The notes under the pieces were generated by a model. That model ran no database searches. It worked only from the letters and a program-made list of their open reading frames with translations, and was not told the DNA's origin. The translations under genes were made by a program, and so were the position numbers. This document shows positions 55,734 through 58,472 of a stretch of 58,472 bases of DNA, in pieces. Each line of letters starts with the position of its first letter. The stretch's first letter is position 1. Location: the NCBI GenBank assembly GCA_964405015.1, contig CAYOME010000002.1, forward strand, positions 7,702 through 66,173, given 5' to 3'. The stretch is from an uncultured Candidatus Saccharibacteria bacterium (GTDB lineage: Bacteria; Patescibacteriota; Dojkabacteria; SC72).

Positions 55734-57950
55734 ATGATAGATTATTCAATAATAGTTTCCTCAGATAGCCAAGGAATGTACACGTATCAAACCCTTAGAA
55801 ATATCAAAGAAATTATAAATATTACTAAGCAAAGGATTGAAGTTATATGCCTAGTGAATAAGAAAGATCGTGAAACTATAAGATTCATAAGTAAGGCCAA
55901 AGAATTTTTAGAGAATTTAACTATTCTTGAGCATGAATTTACTGAAATAGGAATTGCAAAAAATTTTGGTGCAGAGCAGTCCAAGGGGAAATTTCTACTA
56001 TTTCTTGATGGTGGAGAATTTGTCTCTTTTGACATAATTAATCAATTTATTTCGGCTTCCAATCTTTTTCCTTTTGAGAATACACTTTTTGTACCAGAGG
56101 TGAAGATATATTTTGGAAAGAGAAATGCCATAGAAGAAAATATTGATTCGAAAGACCCTTCTTTTACTAAGAGTGTTTTACTCTTTAGAAATCCTTGGGG
56201 TAAAAACTTTTTAATTAGCAAGGTTAATTATAACAAAGTTAGATTTAAGAAGACGAATGTTGCTTATAAGCTTGATCCTCCTTTATTAACTTTTTTTGTT
56301 GATTGCCTTGATAAAGGATTTCGTGTTTCGCCGATTCCGAAAACTGTAGCATTCGTAAGGATATTAAATGACGGAAACGATGAAGAATCCTTAATATTAT
56401 CACCAAATAATCTATTTAATGAAAAGGGCTTTAAAAAATCTAAAGAAACGAAGGAGGATATTAGTTTAATCGACAATAGGGCTTTTATTAAGAGATTTTT
56501 TTCTTCTAAATTCCCCAGTTTATACAAAGAACTTTTCATAATAAAGAGAGAAATAAAAACTATCGTTGAAAAAATCAAAAATAAAGGAGATAACAGAAAT
56601 ATTCTAAAAAAAATTGCGTCCTTATTATTTCCTAAAATTTATATTAAGTTATTTATTTTAAAAGAACGATTTTTAAGTAAAACAAAGCAAACCCAAAACT
56701 TTGAATATCCCAATTGGCTGAGAAATAATTGGATCAAGATTAATTCAATTGAACATACTCTTTTCCCGCCAATGGGAAAAATTGAAGAGTATAAATTCGG
56801 GATTAATCCCAACTTTGGTTCTTACCTTATGGAAATGCTTTCAAGTATACCTGAAGAAATTGATTATTTGATATTTTGCCCATGGCTGAAACTCGGTGGT
56901 GCAGACAAATTGAGCTTAAACCTCGTACAGGGTCTAAGAGAGAATTTTCCTGACAAAAAGATTGGTATAATTATCACAGAGAGAGTCAATTCTGAGCTAT
57001 TAGGAAATTTGCCTGAAGACATTTATTTTTTTGATTTCGGAAATAACTTCATTGATCTAAACTATCAAGAAAGAGAGATCTTATTTCTTAGATTTCTTAT
57101 TCAGGTTAGAGCTAAAAAGATTGTAAATATAAATTCTCACACATTATTTAACTTGTTGGGGAAATATAGCAAAACGATTTCGTTCTTTTCAGATATTTAT
57201 ATCTTTGGTTTTTGTGTTTACATAACAGAAGAAGGACAAACACTCGGATTTGTTTTGGATCCACTGCCCTTAATCTTTGATGATATTAAAATGGTTTTGA
57301 CTGACAATAATTTTATTATTCAATATCTCTGTGAAAGATATGGGTTAGAAAGAAAAAAATTCATTACCGTATACCAACCGGTAGATACTGACAAATTTAC
57401 ACCAAGAAGAATAGATAATAAGGATGTTATAGATATTTTATGGGCTTCTAGAATTGATGATCAAAAATTACCCTATGTGTTGGAAAAAATCATTGAAAAA
57501 AGTCAAAATAGAAATTACAGATTCCATGTATATGGAGGGTTGGCAATGAATTATTCTTACGATACAAAGAATATGGAAAAGTACCAGAATGTAACCCTTT
57601 ATGGCCCTTATAGAAATGGTTTACAAGGGATTCCGGAGCAAAGCAAATATGATCTCTATTTATATACCTCCCAATTTGATGGTATGCCAAATGCTTTATT
57701 AGAAGCAATGAGTTTGGGCTTCCCCGTAATAGCCTCGGATGTCGGGGGTATTCATGAAATTGTACGTGATGGAGAAACTGGGTTTTTAGTTAAAGAAATT
57801 TTTAATGAAAAAGAGTATCTGCGTAAAATAGATAGAATCTCAAAGAATCCGTTACTTATTAAAAAATTAACAAAAAATTCTTTAACCGCTATCAAGGGTC
57901 AACATTCTTGGGCGGCTTATATTCGTACTATAAGAAAAATCTTTATATAA
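55734..57950 (+). CDS. multidomain glycosyltransferase (N-terminal GT-A-like, C-terminal GT4)
   Basis: N-terminus YSIIVSS...FLDGGE. C-terminus DGMPNALLEAMSLGFPVIASDVGGIHEIV...GETGFLV. I prefer the ATG at 55734 to the TTG at 55701. Confidence 0.7.
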   Translation: MIDYSIIVSSDSQGMYTYQTLRNIKEIINITKQRIEVICLVNKKDRETIRFISKAKEFLENLTILEHEFTEIGIAKNFGAEQSKGKFLLFLDGGEFVSFDIINQFISASNLFPFENTLFVPEVKIYFGKRNAIEENIDSKDPSFTKSVLLFRNPWGKNFLISKVNYNKVRFKKTNVAYKLDPPLLTFFVDCLDKGFRVSPIPKTVAFVRILNDGNDEESLILSPNNLFNEKGFKKSKETKEDISLIDNRAFIKRFFSSKFPSLYKELFIIKREIKTIVEKIKNKGDNRNILKKIASLLFPKIYIKLFILKERFLSKTKQTQNFEYPNWLRNNWIKINSIEHTLFPPMGKIEEYKFGINPNFGSYLMEMLSSIPEEIDYLIFCPWLKLGGADKLSLNLVQGLRENFPDKKIGIIITERVNSELLGNLPEDIYFFDFGNNFIDLNYQEREILFLRFLIQVRAKKIVNINSHTLFNLLGKYSKTISFFSDIYIFGFCVYITEEGQTLGFVLDPLPLIFDDIKMVLTDNNFIIQYLCERYGLERKKFITVYQPVDTDKFTPRRIDNKDVIDILWASRIDDQKLPYVLEKIIEKSQNRNYRFHVYGGLAMNYSYDTKNMEKYQNVTLYGPYRNGLQGIPEQSKYDLYLYTSQFDGMPNALLEAMSLGFPVIASDVGGIHEIVRDGETGFLVKEIFNEKEYLRKIDRISKNPLLIKKLTKNSLTAIKGQHSWAAYIRTIRKIFI

Positions 57951-57971
57951 TAAGTTTTTAGAGCCAAATAT

Positions 57972-58472
57972 ATGAAACTCCTAATAACAGGTGGTGCAGG
58001 ATTCATAGGATCTAACTTCATAAGATATTGGTTAAAAAAATATCCCAATGACCATATTACTAACCTAGATAAACTAACATACGCAGGAAATCTAGAAAAT
58101 CTCAAAGACATTGAAAACAATCCCAACTATAAATTCGTTAAAGGAGATATCTGTGATAAAGAATTGGTAATGGAATTGACTCGGGGAATGGATATCATTG
58201 TACACTTCGCAGCAGAATCACACGTAGATAGAAGTATAGAAGGACCTGAAGAATTTGTTAAAACAAATGTAGAAGGAACACTAAACTTACTAGAAGCAGC
58301 ATTAGCGAATGGAGGAATCAGATTCCATCACGTATCTACAGATGAAGTATTTGGAGAACTACCCCTAGATGAACCTAAAGCTAAATTCCATGAAGAATTG
58401 GCATATGCACCAAAGAGTGTATATTCTGCATCCAAAGCAGCATCAGACCACTTAGTAAGAGCATATTTCCAT
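57972..58472 (+). CDS. rfbB: dTDP-glucose 4,6-dehydratase, 3'-truncated by the window end
   Basis: Open frame to the last base and absent from the ORF track. Translation gives MKLLITGGAGFIGSNFIRYW...HFAAESHVDRS...YSASKAASDHL (Rossmann GxxGxxG and YxxxK). Confidence 0.85.
   Translation, partial: MKLLITGGAGFIGSNFIRYWLKKYPNDHITNLDKLTYAGNLENLKDIENNPNYKFVKGDICDKELVMELTRGMDIIVHFAAESHVDRSIEGPEEFVKTNVEGTLNLLEAALANGGIRFHHVSTDEVFGELPLDEPKAKFHEELAYAPKSVYSASKAASDHLVRAYFH

Noticed and set aside
1-58472. CRISPR arrays, rRNA genes, RNase P/SRP/tmRNA, integrase or recombinase genes, toxin-antitoxin pairs or known defence systems.
   Set aside because: The only tandem repeat has two units and no spacer-like structure. 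No conserved ncRNA core motifs were spotted by eye, and no ORF shows Tyr/Ser-recombinase, Cas, RT or typical TA motifs. Absence by eye is not proof.

Overview
AT-rich, tightly packed bacterial window that uses the standard genetic code (TGA is a stop). Intergenic gaps are tiny, several convergent genes overlap at their stop codons, and there are many orphan membrane-anchored proteins. This style fits a reduced-genome bacterium such as a CPR/Patescibacteria member, but that is inference from style only. The window has four blocks. (1) 1-25.8 kb is housekeeping: queA-tgt, RNase Y, HU, a lone IS200/RAYT-type Y1 transposase, an archaeal-type UMP kinase, two GreA paralogs around tRNA-Glu-trmD, GlyRS, LysRS, SerRS, MiaA, a DHH phosphoesterase, an L,D-transpeptidase, DUF3048, and HD and DUF218 proteins. 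(2) 25.8-29.8 kb is an accessory segment directly after tRNA-Pro(GGG). It encodes an ASCH protein, a wHTH/Nudix-like protein, a DNPH1/deoxyribosyltransferase-like::YjjX ITPase fusion and a DUF2419/QNG1-like queuosine-salvage protein. Degenerate copies of the tRNA 3' end lie near both edges and no integrase is present. (3) 30.9-38.8 kb holds orphan secreted or membrane proteins. It includes a ~1 kb, visibly G+C-richer lipoprotein cassette bounded by nested perfect inverted repeats, a hairpin-dense 300-nt spacer upstream of a ferredoxin-Nudix-HIT operon, a DsbA-like protein and a beta-helix repeat membrane protein. (4) 38.9-58.5 kb is a surface-glycan locus. It has eleven glycosyltransferase ORFs, Wzm/Wzt ABC export, a GT-C-like polytopic protein, DUF2304, two methyltransferases, a RimK-like ATP-grasp ligase and a 3'-truncated rfbB. 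No CRISPR array, rRNA, integrase or recognisable defence system was seen. The candidates I rate highest for novelty are the tRNA-Pro-linked modified-nucleotide salvage module and the inverted-repeat-bounded foreign cassette.
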